32,000 nt of DNA from Halalkalibacterium halodurans (GTDB lineage Bacteria > Bacillota > Bacilli > Bacillales > Bacillaceae_D): assembly GCF_004376175.1 (NCBI RefSeq), contig NZ_SNUY01000029.1, positions 1-32,000 on the forward strand. The letters are read 5' to 3'. A program made the translations under genes and the position numbers. Of this stretch, positions 1 to 8,638 are shown piece by piece. The notes under the pieces were generated by a model. That model searched no databases, was not told the origin of the DNA, and saw only the letters and a program-made list of their open reading frames with translations. Numbering within the stretch: position 1 is the first letter of the stretch; each line of letters begins with the position of its first letter.

Positions 1-276
1 AGAGAGTATCGACCTCTCAAGCAAATCATTGAACGACTAAATCGCACGTTTAAAGGGAATTATCGTTCGACGCACGGCTTTGGTTCTGAACAGGGATCTG
101 TTTCTTTTGTGACATTGTTTGTGGCTTACTTTAACTTCTTGCGCCCACATTCTTCACTTGAAGGTAAAGTGCCAGTCACAATTCCAGAATTAGAAAAGCT
201 ACCAACCATGCCAGCGAGATGGACAGCCCTTATTGGATTAGCTCAAGACTGGATTCAACAACAACAGTCAGCCTAA
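1..276 (+). CDS. C-terminal fragment of a DDE transposase with an integrase-core (rve-like) tail; the 5' end lies outside the window
   Basis: Frame 1 is open from the window edge to TAA at 274-276. It is absent from the ORF track because it has no start codon in the window. The translation ...IIERLNRTFKGNYRSTHGFGS...VAYFNFLRPHSSLEGKVP fits the ERxNRTxK ... YNxxRPHxxL tail typical of integrase-type DDE transposases. Confidence 0.6.
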   Translation, partial: REYRPLKQIIERLNRTFKGNYRSTHGFGSEQGSVSFVTLFVAYFNFLRPHSSLEGKVPVTIPELEKLPTMPARWTALIGLAQDWIQQQQSA

Positions 277-301
277 CTTTTGTTTAGCTGAGCCCTATTC
301 A

Positions 302-451
302 GCTATCGGCGAAGCGAACTCTTGACAAACCGAACTTGCCAATGGTTTAAAATGGAAAAAGTCAAGGGTTATTTGGCATGCCTACTTTTGTTCCCTTCGC
401 CCTTGATTGACCTCTGAATAAACCATTGGCGTGTTTGTCAAGAGCGATAGC
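302..451. repeat. Long imperfect inverted repeat (potential ~150 nt cruciform or RNA hairpin) in the IS tail
   Basis: Three arm pairs match: gctatcg (302-308) with cgatagc (445-451), ctcttgacaaac (319-330) with gtttgtcaagag (433-444), and ccaatggttt (339-348) with aaaccattgg (420-429). An inner pair is gtcaaggg (361-368) with cccttga (400-406). Confidence 0.6.
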
Positions 452-473
452 GCGGCCTTTCCACCTAATAAAT

Positions 474-524
474 GGTAGTAGTGTTAGAACCAAATAAGGT
501 TTTCATAGAAGTTTTGACACTACC
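474..524. repeat. Sub-terminal inverted repeat or hairpin at the presumed IS end
   Basis: ggtagtagtgttagaac (474-490) pairs with gttttgacactacc (511-524). The reverse complement of the second arm is ggtagtgtcaaaac, which matches the first arm apart from a 3-nt bulge and 2 mismatches. Confidence 0.4.
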
Positions 525-528
525 TCTA

Positions 529-1512
529 CTAAAACTCTGCTAATTCACGGATTGCCTTCTCTACTTTATCTGGATTGATCATAAAATGTTTTTCCATCGT
601 CGGTGCATATGGCATCGCTGGTACATCTGGACCTGCTAACCGTTGAATCGGGGCATCTAGATCGAATAAACAATGTTCGGCAATGATCGCTGCTACCTCA
701 CTCATGATGCTGCCTTCTTTATTATCCTCTGTCACTAAAAGGATTTTTCCTGTTTTTGAAGCGGCTTCGATAATCGCATCTTTGTCTAACGGATAGACTG
801 TGCGTAAATCTAAAATATGGGTCGAGATCCCATCTTTTTCAAGACGCTCAGCTGCTTGCAACGCGAAGTGGACCGCCAGACCATATGTAATGACAGTAAC
901 GTCGTCCCCTTCCCGTTTGACATCTGCCTTGCCGATTGGTAGGGTATAATCGTTTTCAGGTACTTCACCCTTAATGAGCCGATAAGCCCGTTTATGTTCG
1001 AAAAAGAGAACTGGGTCATCAGAACGAATGGCCGCCTTTAACAGCCCTTTTACATCGTATGGTGTAGAAGGCATGACTATTTTCAATCCTGGAGTATTTG
1101 CAAACATTGCTTCCACCGATTGAGAGTGGTATAACGCCCCGTGAATCCCTCCGCCGTAAGGTGCGCGAATCGTAATTGGGCATTGCCAATCATTGTTGGA
1201 ACGGTATCGGATTTTAGCAGCCTCAGACACAATTTGATTCACAGCTGGCATAATAAAATCAGCAAACTGAATTTCCGCCACTGGGCGCATCCCATACATT
1301 GCCGCGCCAATCCCAACACCTGCAATTGCTGATTCAGCAAGCGGGGTGTCTAATACGCGCGCTTCGCCAAATTGTTCATAGAGTCCGTTCGTTGCCCGGA
1401 ATACACCACCGCGTGCCCCTACATCTTCCCCGAGAACAAATACATTTTCATCCCGCTCCATCTCTTCTTTTAATGCGAGCGTCACTGCTTCTATATAAGA
1501 CATTACAGCCAT
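529..1512 (-). CDS. bkdAB: Branched-chain 2-oxoacid dehydrogenase E1 beta subunit
   Basis: The track ORF 529-1590 was trimmed to the internal ATG at 1512 (MAVMSYIEAV...). That ATG follows AAAAGGGGGG with suitable spacing and lies just after the bkdAA stop. This gives 327 aa, the length I recall for B. subtilis BkdAB. The sequence has a typical E1-beta N-terminus (VLGEDVG..GGVF, DTPLAES) and the C-terminus RELAEF. Confidence 0.93.
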   Translation of the reverse strand: MAVMSYIEAVTLALKEEMERDENVFVLGEDVGARGGVFRATNGLYEQFGEARVLDTPLAESAIAGVGIGAAMYGMRPVAEIQFADFIMPAVNQIVSEAAKIRYRSNNDWQCPITIRAPYGGGIHGALYHSQSVEAMFANTPGLKIVMPSTPYDVKGLLKAAIRSDDPVLFFEHKRAYRLIKGEVPENDYTLPIGKADVKREGDDVTVITYGLAVHFALQAAERLEKDGISTHILDLRTVYPLDKDAIIEAASKTGKILLVTEDNKEGSIMSEVAAIIAEHCLFDLDAPIQRLAGPDVPAMPYAPTMEKHFMINPDKVEKAIRELAEF

Positions 1513-1528
1513 TGTTCGCCCCCCTTTT

Positions 1529-2521
1529 CTATTCCGCGTATACGTGGCCCAACGCTTGCTCTGGATCAGCGTACGGTGCACGTTCTGCATACTCTGTTGC
1601 TTCGTTCACCATGTCACTAACTCTCTTATCCATCGCTTCTTTTCCTTCTTCCGTAAGCGCTCCCGTTTCGAGTAAGTATTCAGCAAACGTAATCAGGGCA
1701 TCGTATTTTTTCGCTTCCTCCACTTCCTCACGAGAGCGGTAGGCGCGATCATCGTCATCGCTAGAATGCGGAGTTAATCTGTACGAAACCGTCTCGATCA
1801 ACGACGGGCCTTCGCCACGACGTGCACGATCTGCAGCCTGCTTCACCGCTTCATATACAGCAAGAGGATCGTTTCCATCAACCGTTACCCCTGGCATTCC
1901 ATAGCCGATAGCCCGATCTGATACTTTTTCGCATGCAAGCTGTTTTTCAATCGGAACTGAGATCGCATATTTATTGTTTTCACACATAAAAATAACCGGA
2001 AGCTTATGAACGCCAGCAAAGTTGGCACCTTCATGAAAGTCTCCTTGGTTGGAGGAACCTTCCCCAAACGTCGTAAAGGTAATAAAGTCTTCCCCTTTCA
2101 TTTTTCCCGCTAGGGCGATCCCTACAGCGTGAGGAACTTGCGTGGTGACAGGAGATGATCCGGTTACAATGCGAAGTTTTTTCGATCCGAAATGTCCTGG
2201 CATTTGCCGGCCTCCTGAGTTCGGATCTTCCGCTTTTGCAAAACCGGAGAGCATTAAATCCTTTGCTGTCATCCCAAACGTTAAGACGACACCCATGTCA
2301 CGATAGTATGGAAGAATGTAATCTTTCGTCCGATCAAGGGCAAAAGCTGCACCTACTTGGGCTGCTTCTTGTCCTTGACACGAAATCACAAATGGAATTT
2401 TCCCAGCTCGATTTAAAAGCCACATCCGCTCATCGATTTTTCGTGCGAGGAGCATCGTCTCATACATATGTACGACTGTTTCATCAGACAACCCTAGCTG
2501 CTTATGGCGTGGTTCTGTCAT
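1529..2521 (-). CDS. bkdAA: Branched-chain 2-oxoacid dehydrogenase E1 alpha subunit (ThDP-dependent)
   Basis: The ORF is 330 aa. It carries the ThDP-binding motif FGEGSSNQGDFHEGANFAGVHKLPVIFMCENN. It sits between lpdV and bkdAB as in B. subtilis. Confidence 0.93.
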   Translation of the reverse strand: MTEPRHKQLGLSDETVVHMYETMLLARKIDERMWLLNRAGKIPFVISCQGQEAAQVGAAFALDRTKDYILPYYRDMGVVLTFGMTAKDLMLSGFAKAEDPNSGGRQMPGHFGSKKLRIVTGSSPVTTQVPHAVGIALAGKMKGEDFITFTTFGEGSSNQGDFHEGANFAGVHKLPVIFMCENNKYAISVPIEKQLACEKVSDRAIGYGMPGVTVDGNDPLAVYEAVKQAADRARRGEGPSLIETVSYRLTPHSSDDDDRAYRSREEVEEAKKYDALITFAEYLLETGALTEEGKEAMDKRVSDMVNEATEYAERAPYADPEQALGHVYAE

Positions 2522-2541
2522 AGAACTACCTCCTTCAGTCT

Positions 2542-3966
2542 TTAAAAATGAATCGCCTTTCCGTCAACGGCTAATGCCGCTTCACCAACAACCTCGGATA
2601 ACGTTGGGTGGGGATGAATCGTTTGGGCCACTTCCCAATGGGCTGCATCGAGAACCTTTGCTAGTGCAGCTTCAGAAATCATATCGGTCACATGGGGCCC
2701 AATCATATGAACACCGAGTAGATCATCTGTTTTCTTATCAGATAGGATCTTTACAAATCCATCAGATTCGCCATAGACAAGTGCTTTGCCGATCGCTTGA
2801 AACGGAAACGTTCCGACTTTTACTTCGTAGCCTTTCTCTTTTGCCTCCGCTTCTGATAGTCCGATGCTTGCCATTTCTGGATGGCTATATACACACCGGG
2901 CAACCGTTAAGTAATTAAGTGGTTCAGGCTTGTGATCCGTCATATGCTCAACTGCAAGGATTCCTTCGTGAGACGCCACATGGGCAAGCTGCATCCCGCC
3001 GATCACATCACCGATCGCATAAATATGCGATTCTTTCGTTTGATACCACTCGTTTACTGCAATGGCGCCATCAATGACTTCAATATCTGCATTTTCAAGT
3101 CCGATGTCATTCACGTTCGGTGTTCGTCCAACGGAAACGAGCATTTTTTCAGCGGTGAAACGCTCGCTCACACCGACAACCTCCGCCTCAATTGCGACCG
3201 AGTTATCTCCTTTTTCCAACGTTTCCGCTAACACTTTTGCGTTTGTTTTGAATGTAACGCCTCTCTTTTTTAAAAGACGCTCAGCTTCCTTTGCAATATC
3301 CGCATCTTCGGTCGGTAAAATTCGTGGACCGTATTCAATGACTGTCACGTCAACGCCAAAGTCATTGAGCATCGAAGCCCACTCGATTCCGATCACGCCG
3401 CCACCAACAATGAGCATCGACTTCGGCAACTGCTCCATTTTCAGCGCCTCGTCAGACGTTAAGACAGCCTCACCGTCAATTTCCATCCCTGGTAAGACGC
3501 GAGGTGAGGAACCTGTTGCAATAATGACGTTTCGCGGAATGAGCATCATATTGTCTTCTCCGTTGTTCATTTCAACCGAGATCGTACCAGGCGTAGGGGA
3601 GAAAATCGATGGACCTAAAATGCGTCCATGGCCTTCATAGACATCGATTTTTCCTTTTTTCATCAGCATTTCGATCCCGCGATGGAGCTGCGTGACAATT
3701 TGTTCTTTTCGATTTTGTACACTCGTAAAGTCTAACGTGGCTCCGTCAATCTTCACGCCAAACTGATCGGCTTTCTGAACCGTCGAAAATACTTCTGCCG
3801 ACCGAAGCAACGCTTTACTCGGTATGCATCCCTTATGTAAGCACGTGCCACCTAATTTTCCTTTTTCGACTAATGCCACTTTTAGACCGAGTTGTGTGGC
3901 GCGGATGGCGGCTACGTAGCCACCAGTCCCTCCACCTAAAATGACGAGATCGTACTCTTCCGCCAT
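2542..3966 (-). CDS. lpdV: Dihydrolipoamide dehydrogenase (E3) of the branched-chain 2-oxoacid dehydrogenase complex
   Basis: The ORF is 474 aa. It has the FAD-binding motif GGGTGGYVAA, the redox-active disulfide GGTCLHKGCIPSK, and a C-terminal HPHPTLSE. Confidence 0.93.
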   Translation of the reverse strand: MAEEYDLVILGGGTGGYVAAIRATQLGLKVALVEKGKLGGTCLHKGCIPSKALLRSAEVFSTVQKADQFGVKIDGATLDFTSVQNRKEQIVTQLHRGIEMLMKKGKIDVYEGHGRILGPSIFSPTPGTISVEMNNGEDNMMLIPRNVIIATGSSPRVLPGMEIDGEAVLTSDEALKMEQLPKSMLIVGGGVIGIEWASMLNDFGVDVTVIEYGPRILPTEDADIAKEAERLLKKRGVTFKTNAKVLAETLEKGDNSVAIEAEVVGVSERFTAEKMLVSVGRTPNVNDIGLENADIEVIDGAIAVNEWYQTKESHIYAIGDVIGGMQLAHVASHEGILAVEHMTDHKPEPLNYLTVARCVYSHPEMASIGLSEAEAKEKGYEVKVGTFPFQAIGKALVYGESDGFVKILSDKKTDDLLGVHMIGPHVTDMISEAALAKVLDAAHWEVAQTIHPHPTLSEVVGEAALAVDGKAIHF

Positions 3967-4015
3967 GTAAAATCCTCTCCTTTTAAATACGTGCTAGTCT
4001 AACTGCCAGAAGAAG

Positions 4016-5110
4016 TTAGCGACGAGACAAAATATGTTGACCGTTTTGCAAGAATTGTCGACGGGAACGTCTCATCCGTTCAATTCGCTCTTCTGCCATT
4101 CGATCTGCTGCTTTGTATGTCGGAATACCATCGCGTTTCGCAATCTCAAATACTTTCGCCAAATTATCATAAATGCCTTCTACTTTTTTCAACGCACGCT
4201 CACGGTTATAGCCGCTTAATTCGTCCGCTACATTAATAACGCCACCCGCATTAATAACATAGTCTGGTGCATAGACGATCCCCATTTCGTGGATCATATC
4301 ACCGTGGGCTTGTTCTTTCAACTGATTATTCGCCGCACCTGCAATCACCTTTGCTTTTAATTGCGGGATCGTATCGTCATTAATAATCGCTCCGAGGGCA
4401 CACGGGGCAAAAATGTCGCAATCAACACCATAAATGTCGCCAACGTCGACAGCTTTTGCGCCAAAATCGCGAATCGCCCGTTCAACCGATTCTTTATGAA
4501 TATCGGTCACTATCAAGTCTGCCCCAGCTTCATGCAGATGTTTACATAAATTGTACGAAACATTTCCTACTCCTTGAACAGCAACTGTCTTTCCTGCCAA
4601 ATCATCTGTTCCGAACGCCTCTCTCGCTGCTGCTTTCATACCGACGAACACGCCGAATGCCGTAACAGGCGAAGGGTTTCCAGAAGAGCCGAAAGCCGGA
4701 GAGATTCCCGTCACATAGTCCGTTTCTTGATGAATGATGTCCATATCATCCACCGTAGTCCCTACATCTTCTGCTGTAATGTAGCGCCCATTTAACCCTT
4801 GAATGTAACGGCCGAACGCGCGAAACATTTCTTCGTTTTTGTCTTTACGAGGGTCGCCAATGATAACCGTTTTACCACCACCGAGATTAAGACCTGCTGC
4901 GGCATTTTTGTAGGTCATCCCTTTGGCTAAACGCAGGGCATCTTCAAACGCCGCATTTTCATTTTCATACATCCACATTCTCGTCCCACCGAGGGCAGGT
5001 CCAAGGGTCGTATCATGTATCGCAATAATCGCCTTTAAGCCTGATGTTTTATCTTGACAAACGACCACTTGTTCATAGTCATACGTTTCCATATAAGAAA
5101 ATAGTTCCAT
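4016..5110 (-). CDS. bcd: Leucine (branched-chain amino acid) dehydrogenase
   Basis: The ORF is 364 aa. It has the Glu/Leu/Phe/Val dehydrogenase catalytic-lysine motif [14 protein letters not shown] and the NAD-binding motif [16 protein letters not shown] lies 8 nt before the ATG. Confidence 0.93.
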   Translation of the reverse strand: MELFSYMETYDYEQVVVCQDKTSGLKAIIAIHDTTLGPALGGTRMWMYENENAAFEDALRLAKGMTYKNAAAGLNLGGGKTVIIGDPRKDKNEEMFRAFGRYIQGLNGRYITAEDVGTTVDDMDIIHQETDYVTGISPAFGSSGNPSPVTAFGVFVGMKAAAREAFGTDDLAGKTVAVQGVGNVSYNLCKHLHEAGADLIVTDIHKESVERAIRDFGAKAVDVGDIYGVDCDIFAPCALGAIINDDTIPQLKAKVIAGAANNQLKEQAHGDMIHEMGIVYAPDYVINAGGVINVADELSGYNRERALKKVEGIYDNLAKVFEIAKRDGIPTYKAADRMAEERIERMRRSRRQFLQNGQHILSRR

Positions 5111-5161
5111 TAATAGATCCTCCTTAGAAGTCGCACTTCATCCTAGTCACACATCTTAAGT

Positions 5162-5177
5162 TGCAAGTTTTATGCCA
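5162..5177 (-). promoter_or_regulatory. Sigma-54 (SigL) -24/-12 promoter of the bkd operon
   Basis: The minus strand reads TGGCAT-aaaac-TTGCA, against the consensus TGGCAC-N5-TTGCA with GG-to-GC spacing of 12. It lies ~50 nt upstream of the bcd ATG and downstream of bkdR, which encodes a sigma-54 enhancer-binding protein. Confidence 0.75.
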
Positions 5178-5320
5178 ACTTCAATCGGTAGCTATTCGGC
5201 TTTCTGTCTAGAAAACCATAATCTGTCGTCAAATCTATAAGCGTGCGTCTTCGTTTTTCCTTAATCACTGTCAAAACTGTGCAAACAATCCGTCGCTCGA
5301 GTCTGCAAAATTCATCATAC

Positions 5321-5338
5321 CATGCAAATTATTGCATG
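5321..5338 (-). promoter_or_regulatory. Candidate upstream activating sequence (BkdR binding site)
   Basis: CATGCAA-N4-TTGCATG is an inverted repeat ~160 bp upstream of the -24/-12 promoter. On the minus strand two further TTTGCA copies follow, revcomp of 5282-5287 and 5304-5309. The distance and dyad symmetry are typical of NtrC-class activator sites. Confidence 0.35.
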
Positions 5339-5347
5339 TCATTTTTT

Positions 5348-7393
5348 TCAGTCGATCCCATGTTTCTCAAGTTTGTAGTACAAATTACGAACGGAAATGT
5401 CTAGTTGCTTGGCAGCCAGCGTTTTGTTCCCACCAGTCTTCGCGAGCGTTTCGAGAATCACTTGCTTTTCATACTCGTTGACACGCTCCTGTAAAGACCC
5501 TTCGCTTTCCTTCGTTTCGGGCGTTTTAAGCATCGATTTTTCTCGCACGCCAAGGCTCGGTAGATGTTCTGCTGTTATGTAAAGAGAATGGTACGGCATG
5601 TAGATCATCGCTCGAGCCAATATGTTTTCTAGCTCGCGCACATTTCCAGGCCAATGGTAAGACATGAGCAAGTTCAATGCTTCCACAGTGACCCCTTCCA
5701 CATTTCGACCATAATCAGCATTTAGTTTAGACAAAAGATAATCAACTAAATCAGGAATGTCATCAAGTCGTTCTTTTAATGCTGGTATGTAAATCGGCAT
5801 TTTATTTAATCGGTAAAACAAGTCTTCTCTAAACGTTTTATCCTGGATGCTTTTTTCAAGATTTACATTGGTTGCTGCAATCACACGGACATCAATGGGG
5901 ATCGCTTTCGTTCCCCCGACACGGACGATTTCCTTTTCCTGCAACACCCGAAGAAGTTTCGCCTGCGTGCTGCTCGATAGCTCCCCAATCTCATCTAAAA
6001 AGATACTACCGTGGTTCGCTTCTTCAAAAAGACCACGTTTTCCGCCCCGCTTAGCTCCTGAAAACGCTCCTTCCTCATAGCCGAACAGTTCACTCTCTAA
6101 CAAGGTTTCTGACAGTGCAGCACAATTCACACGAATAAATTTGTTATATTTTCGACTGCTTGCATTATGTATCGCATGGGCGAAGAGCTCTTTTCCTGTC
6201 CCAGATTCCCCTCGCAACAAGATCGTCGCAGGAGTGGAGGCGGCCAACTTTGCCTGCTTGACGGCTACTTGAAATTCGGCGGATGAACCGATAATGTCTT
6301 CAAATGTATATTTTGCTTCAAGGTTTCGAATCAGCTGTTTTGCTTTTTCTAACTCATCTGTTAGCTTCTTAATTTCCGACATGTCATGAATGACGGCGAC
6401 GCTTCCTTTTAATGCTCCATCTACAATCACTGGTGCCACATTCACAACAACTTCCCGCTTTTTCGGTCCTACTTTCATTCTCGCTCCTCGTACAGGTCTT
6501 CTCGTACGAAGAACTTGCATATGCATGCTTTCCCCTTCCGAAATATCAGTAGTGGCTGGTTGTCCAATGATTTGTTCTGGAGTTAACCCTGTGAGCCTCG
6601 TATAAGCTGGATTGATCATAATACCCTTTCCGAGTTCGTCAACGACTGATATGGCATCCTCACTTGACTTAATGATCGCTTCCAACATCGTTTGCACACT
6701 TTTTAAATTCGTCACGTACTCTGCTAGTTCGACGACTTCCGTGATGTCTTTGAATACCGCGAGCGCTCCGATGCAGCGATCTTGATCCATGAGCGGTACG
6801 CGAGTCGTGACGATTTTCACACCATTATCGAGCACAAGGCGGTGGTTGATTTCTTTCTTCTTCGTTCGAACGACCCGTTCTAGCTGACTCGAAGGCAAAA
6901 TTTCTCGAATCGGACGACCAATGGCAGCCTCTGCCTTCACCTCGGACATTCGTTCTGCTGCATGGTTAAACAGAAGAATGCTTCCATGCTCATCGATGGC
7001 AATCATCCCATCATGGGTGGACTGCAAAATCGTCTCTTGGAGAGAGGCATGCTTCCTCGTTTGTTCAACAAGCAGTTGCTTTTCCTCCATCAAGGAGAAC
7101 ATAAAATAAGCGATATGACTTGGGATGACTGCGATCCGTGGGCCAGCTTTCGTTCGGACCGTTTCTGCCATTTGCGGCAAACCGGTCGCCTCAATAATGA
7201 CATCAATTTGTTCGAACGGAAGCTTTGTCCAATCGTCATACGTTCTTATACCAAGCATTAGAGCTTTATTTATGCCTGGTGCTTTTTGATTTACGTCAAC
7301 GATCCCTTGCACCTGAAATCGCTTCGCTGCTACAAGCATCTCAAGTAAAGCCGATCCTCCCTTTCCTGCTCCAAGAATGGCTACACGCTTCAC
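5348..7393 (-). CDS. bkdR: Sigma-54-dependent transcriptional activator of the bkd operon (PAS domains, AAA+ domain, HTH)
   Basis: The ORF is 681 aa with a GTG start 7 nt after GGAGG. It has Walker A GESGTGKE, the sigma-54 contact loop EEGAFSGA (a GAFTGA variant), and a C-terminal Fis-type HTH ([16 protein letters not shown]). Confidence 0.9.
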   Translation of the reverse strand: MKRVAILGAGKGGSALLEMLVAAKRFQVQGIVDVNQKAPGINKALMLGIRTYDDWTKLPFEQIDVIIEATGLPQMAETVRTKAGPRIAVIPSHIAYFMFSLMEEKQLLVEQTRKHASLQETILQSTHDGMIAIDEHGSILLFNHAAERMSEVKAEAAIGRPIREILPSSQLERVVRTKKKEINHRLVLDNGVKIVTTRVPLMDQDRCIGALAVFKDITEVVELAEYVTNLKSVQTMLEAIIKSSEDAISVVDELGKGIMINPAYTRLTGLTPEQIIGQPATTDISEGESMHMQVLRTRRPVRGARMKVGPKKREVVVNVAPVIVDGALKGSVAVIHDMSEIKKLTDELEKAKQLIRNLEAKYTFEDIIGSSAEFQVAVKQAKLAASTPATILLRGESGTGKELFAHAIHNASSRKYNKFIRVNCAALSETLLESELFGYEEGAFSGAKRGGKRGLFEEANHGSIFLDEIGELSSSTQAKLLRVLQEKEIVRVGGTKAIPIDVRVIAATNVNLEKSIQDKTFREDLFYRLNKMPIYIPALKERLDDIPDLVDYLLSKLNADYGRNVEGVTVEALNLLMSYHWPGNVRELENILARAMIYMPYHSLYITAEHLPSLGVREKSMLKTPETKESEGSLQERVNEYEKQVILETLAKTGGNKTLAAKQLDISVRNLYYKLEKHGID

Positions 7394-7468
7394 GTTCTAA
7401 CCTCCCCTTGATCAAAAAGTCCCCAAGATAACTATTACGTAAATGTCACAAAGTTGCAACTGAGAACT

Positions 7469-7497
7469 TCGACAAGCCCGACTTTTTTCGTTAAAAT
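7469..7497 (+). promoter_or_regulatory. Candidate sigma-A promoter for the small membrane protein gene
   Basis: The -35 is TCGACA (7469-7474), the spacer is 17 nt, and the -10 is TAAAAT (7492-7497). It lies ~70 nt upstream of the ATG at 7565. Confidence 0.4.
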
Positions 7498-7564
7498 AAG
7501 GATCGTAAGGGCTCCAATGGGCGCCCGGAATATCTAAATTATTTAACCTACTAAAGGAGTCATT

Positions 7565-7822
7565 ATGTTACGTTTTATTGCTTTAATGTTACTCGTCCTT
7601 CCTTGTGTCATCGCCGGTTACGGCATTAAACTAATGAGAGATACGATCATGCAAGAGCTGCTATTTCCTTGGCCATCGTTAGCGATCCAGTTTTTGGCAG
7701 GATTCATTTTATTCGTAGCTGGCTTTAGTTTCATTGGTGGCTTTATTTTTCACCGCGACCGAAAAAATGGAAAAGTAGCTCCCCGCTTCCAAAAACGACC
7801 AAAACAGGACAATCCTCACTAA
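7565..7822 (+). CDS. yqzF: Small two-TM membrane protein (DUF2627 / YqzF-like)
   Basis: The ORF is 85 aa with AAAGGAG 7 nt before the ATG. It has two hydrophobic segments and a basic tail. It lies divergently next to bkdR, as I recall for B. subtilis yqzF, and shares the GIKLMRDT motif. Confidence 0.55.
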   Translation: MLRFIALMLLVLPCVIAGYGIKLMRDTIMQELLFPWPSLAIQFLAGFILFVAGFSFIGGFIFHRDRKNGKVAPRFQKRPKQDNPH

Positions 7823-7842
7823 TCGTCCGGTTTCGGTCGTTT
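7793..7842. terminator. Bidirectional stem-loop between two convergent genes
   Basis: aaacgaccaaaacaggac (7793-7810) pairs with gtccggtttcggtcgttt (7825-7842) at 16 of 18 positions. The structure spans both stop codons, and T-rich sequence follows on the plus strand. Confidence 0.5.
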
Positions 7843-8638
7843 ATTCTTGTGTGGATACTCCAATTTGATCGAGCAAACGGAGCAAAGAATGCCTTTCAAT
7901 AATCGAAGTAAAGGAGGTTCGCTCAGCGAGAAATGTTACCGCCGTAAACAATAGCGCAATGATCCATTGCTGAGTGACACCTGTATGGAATATTACGACT
8001 AACGCGATGATGGCTCCTACAGTTGTTGCTCCATTGTCCCCTAACATCGCTTTTTTATGCCCTTCCATCACAAAAACAATGTAAAAAACCGTCACAAAAT
8101 ACAACAACACGTCAAACGGTAAATAAAACAGCACCGGTAAAAAGGCTACAATAAAAAGAAAGGCAAGCTTCCAAACCCGCAAAGGCCGAGTATCAAATAA
8201 ATTCATCCCATGAGGAATGAGTAGTAGTAACAAAATATAGCGTACAAACTCTTGAAGCGAGGTGGGCTGAAAGGCGAAGACGACAGCCAATGTAATGATA
8301 AAAGTTCCTCCGGCTTTTAAAACACCTGTCGTCGGTTTTTTCGTGACAAACGCTTGTTTAAAATGACCTTTCAACCCTTTAGGATAGGTGGTTCCGAAAA
8401 TATCGTCTAGGATGCCTAACACCCAAATGGTCGTGACATAAAGGAGTGGCATAAAGGAAAGCAAAGGAGTTTGAACAGGAGAGAAAAATACATAAGCGAT
8501 AAAAGCAAAAAAGATAAATGCACCTAGACTATAAGGGATCGGATCTCCTTTAAAATTCGTCACCGTCCATTGAAGCTTTTCAAACAGGGTATAGCTCCCG
8601 TACGCAACAAAGCCTAAGGTAAAAAGAACAATGATCAC
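7841..8638 (-). CDS. Polytopic membrane protein, a divergent short member of the MraY/WecA (GT4, polyprenyl-phosphate sugar-phosphate transferase) type
   Basis: The ORF is 265 aa with a GTG start that overlaps the upstream stop (GTGA). It has many TM segments. Two motifs resemble MraY/WecA motifs: GILDDIFG and MLGDNGATTVGAI. The central NxxNxxDGxDGL motif is replaced by MNLFDTRPLR. Confidence 0.55.
   Translation of the reverse strand: MIIVLFTLGFVAYGSYTLFEKLQWTVTNFKGDPIPYSLGAFIFFAFIAYVFFSPVQTPLLSFMPLLYVTTIWVLGILDDIFGTTYPKGLKGHFKQAFVTKKPTTGVLKAGGTFIITLAVVFAFQPTSLQEFVRYILLLLLIPHGMNLFDTRPLRVWKLAFLFIVAFLPVLFYLPFDVLLYFVTVFYIVFVMEGHKKAMLGDNGATTVGAIIALVVIFHTGVTQQWIIALLFTAVTFLAERTSFTSIIERHSLLRLLDQIGVSTQE

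Larger units (their letters stand above)
1..524 (+). mobile_element. Right-hand part of an insertion sequence: the transposase 3' end plus a ~250 bp structured non-coding tail. The family is unresolved and the end point is approximate.
   Basis: The transposase fragment is followed by nested inverted repeats. The outermost repeat, ggtagtgtcaaaac (read on the minus strand, 524-511), ends 4 nt from the bkdAB stop codon. The flanking gene order breaks here, because the expected bkdB is missing. Confidence 0.45.

Noticed and set aside
3062-3640. A 192-aa plus-strand ORF, together with similar long antisense ORFs at 1299-1742, 15536-16033, 20474-21034 and 30912-31388.
   Set aside because: Each lies opposite a strongly conserved, motif-bearing gene (lpdV, bkdAA/AB, recN/argR, ispA, spoIIIAF/AE). 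Each has low-complexity Ser/Pro/Leu-rich translations and no RBS. They are shadow ORFs of the real genes.
7469-7475. TTCGACA, the reverse complement of a TGTCGAA 0A box, overlapping the -35 of the yqzF-like gene promoter.
   Set aside because: It is a single heptamer with no second box, and chance occurrence is likely in 32 kb. I have no supporting knowledge of Spo0A control of this gene.
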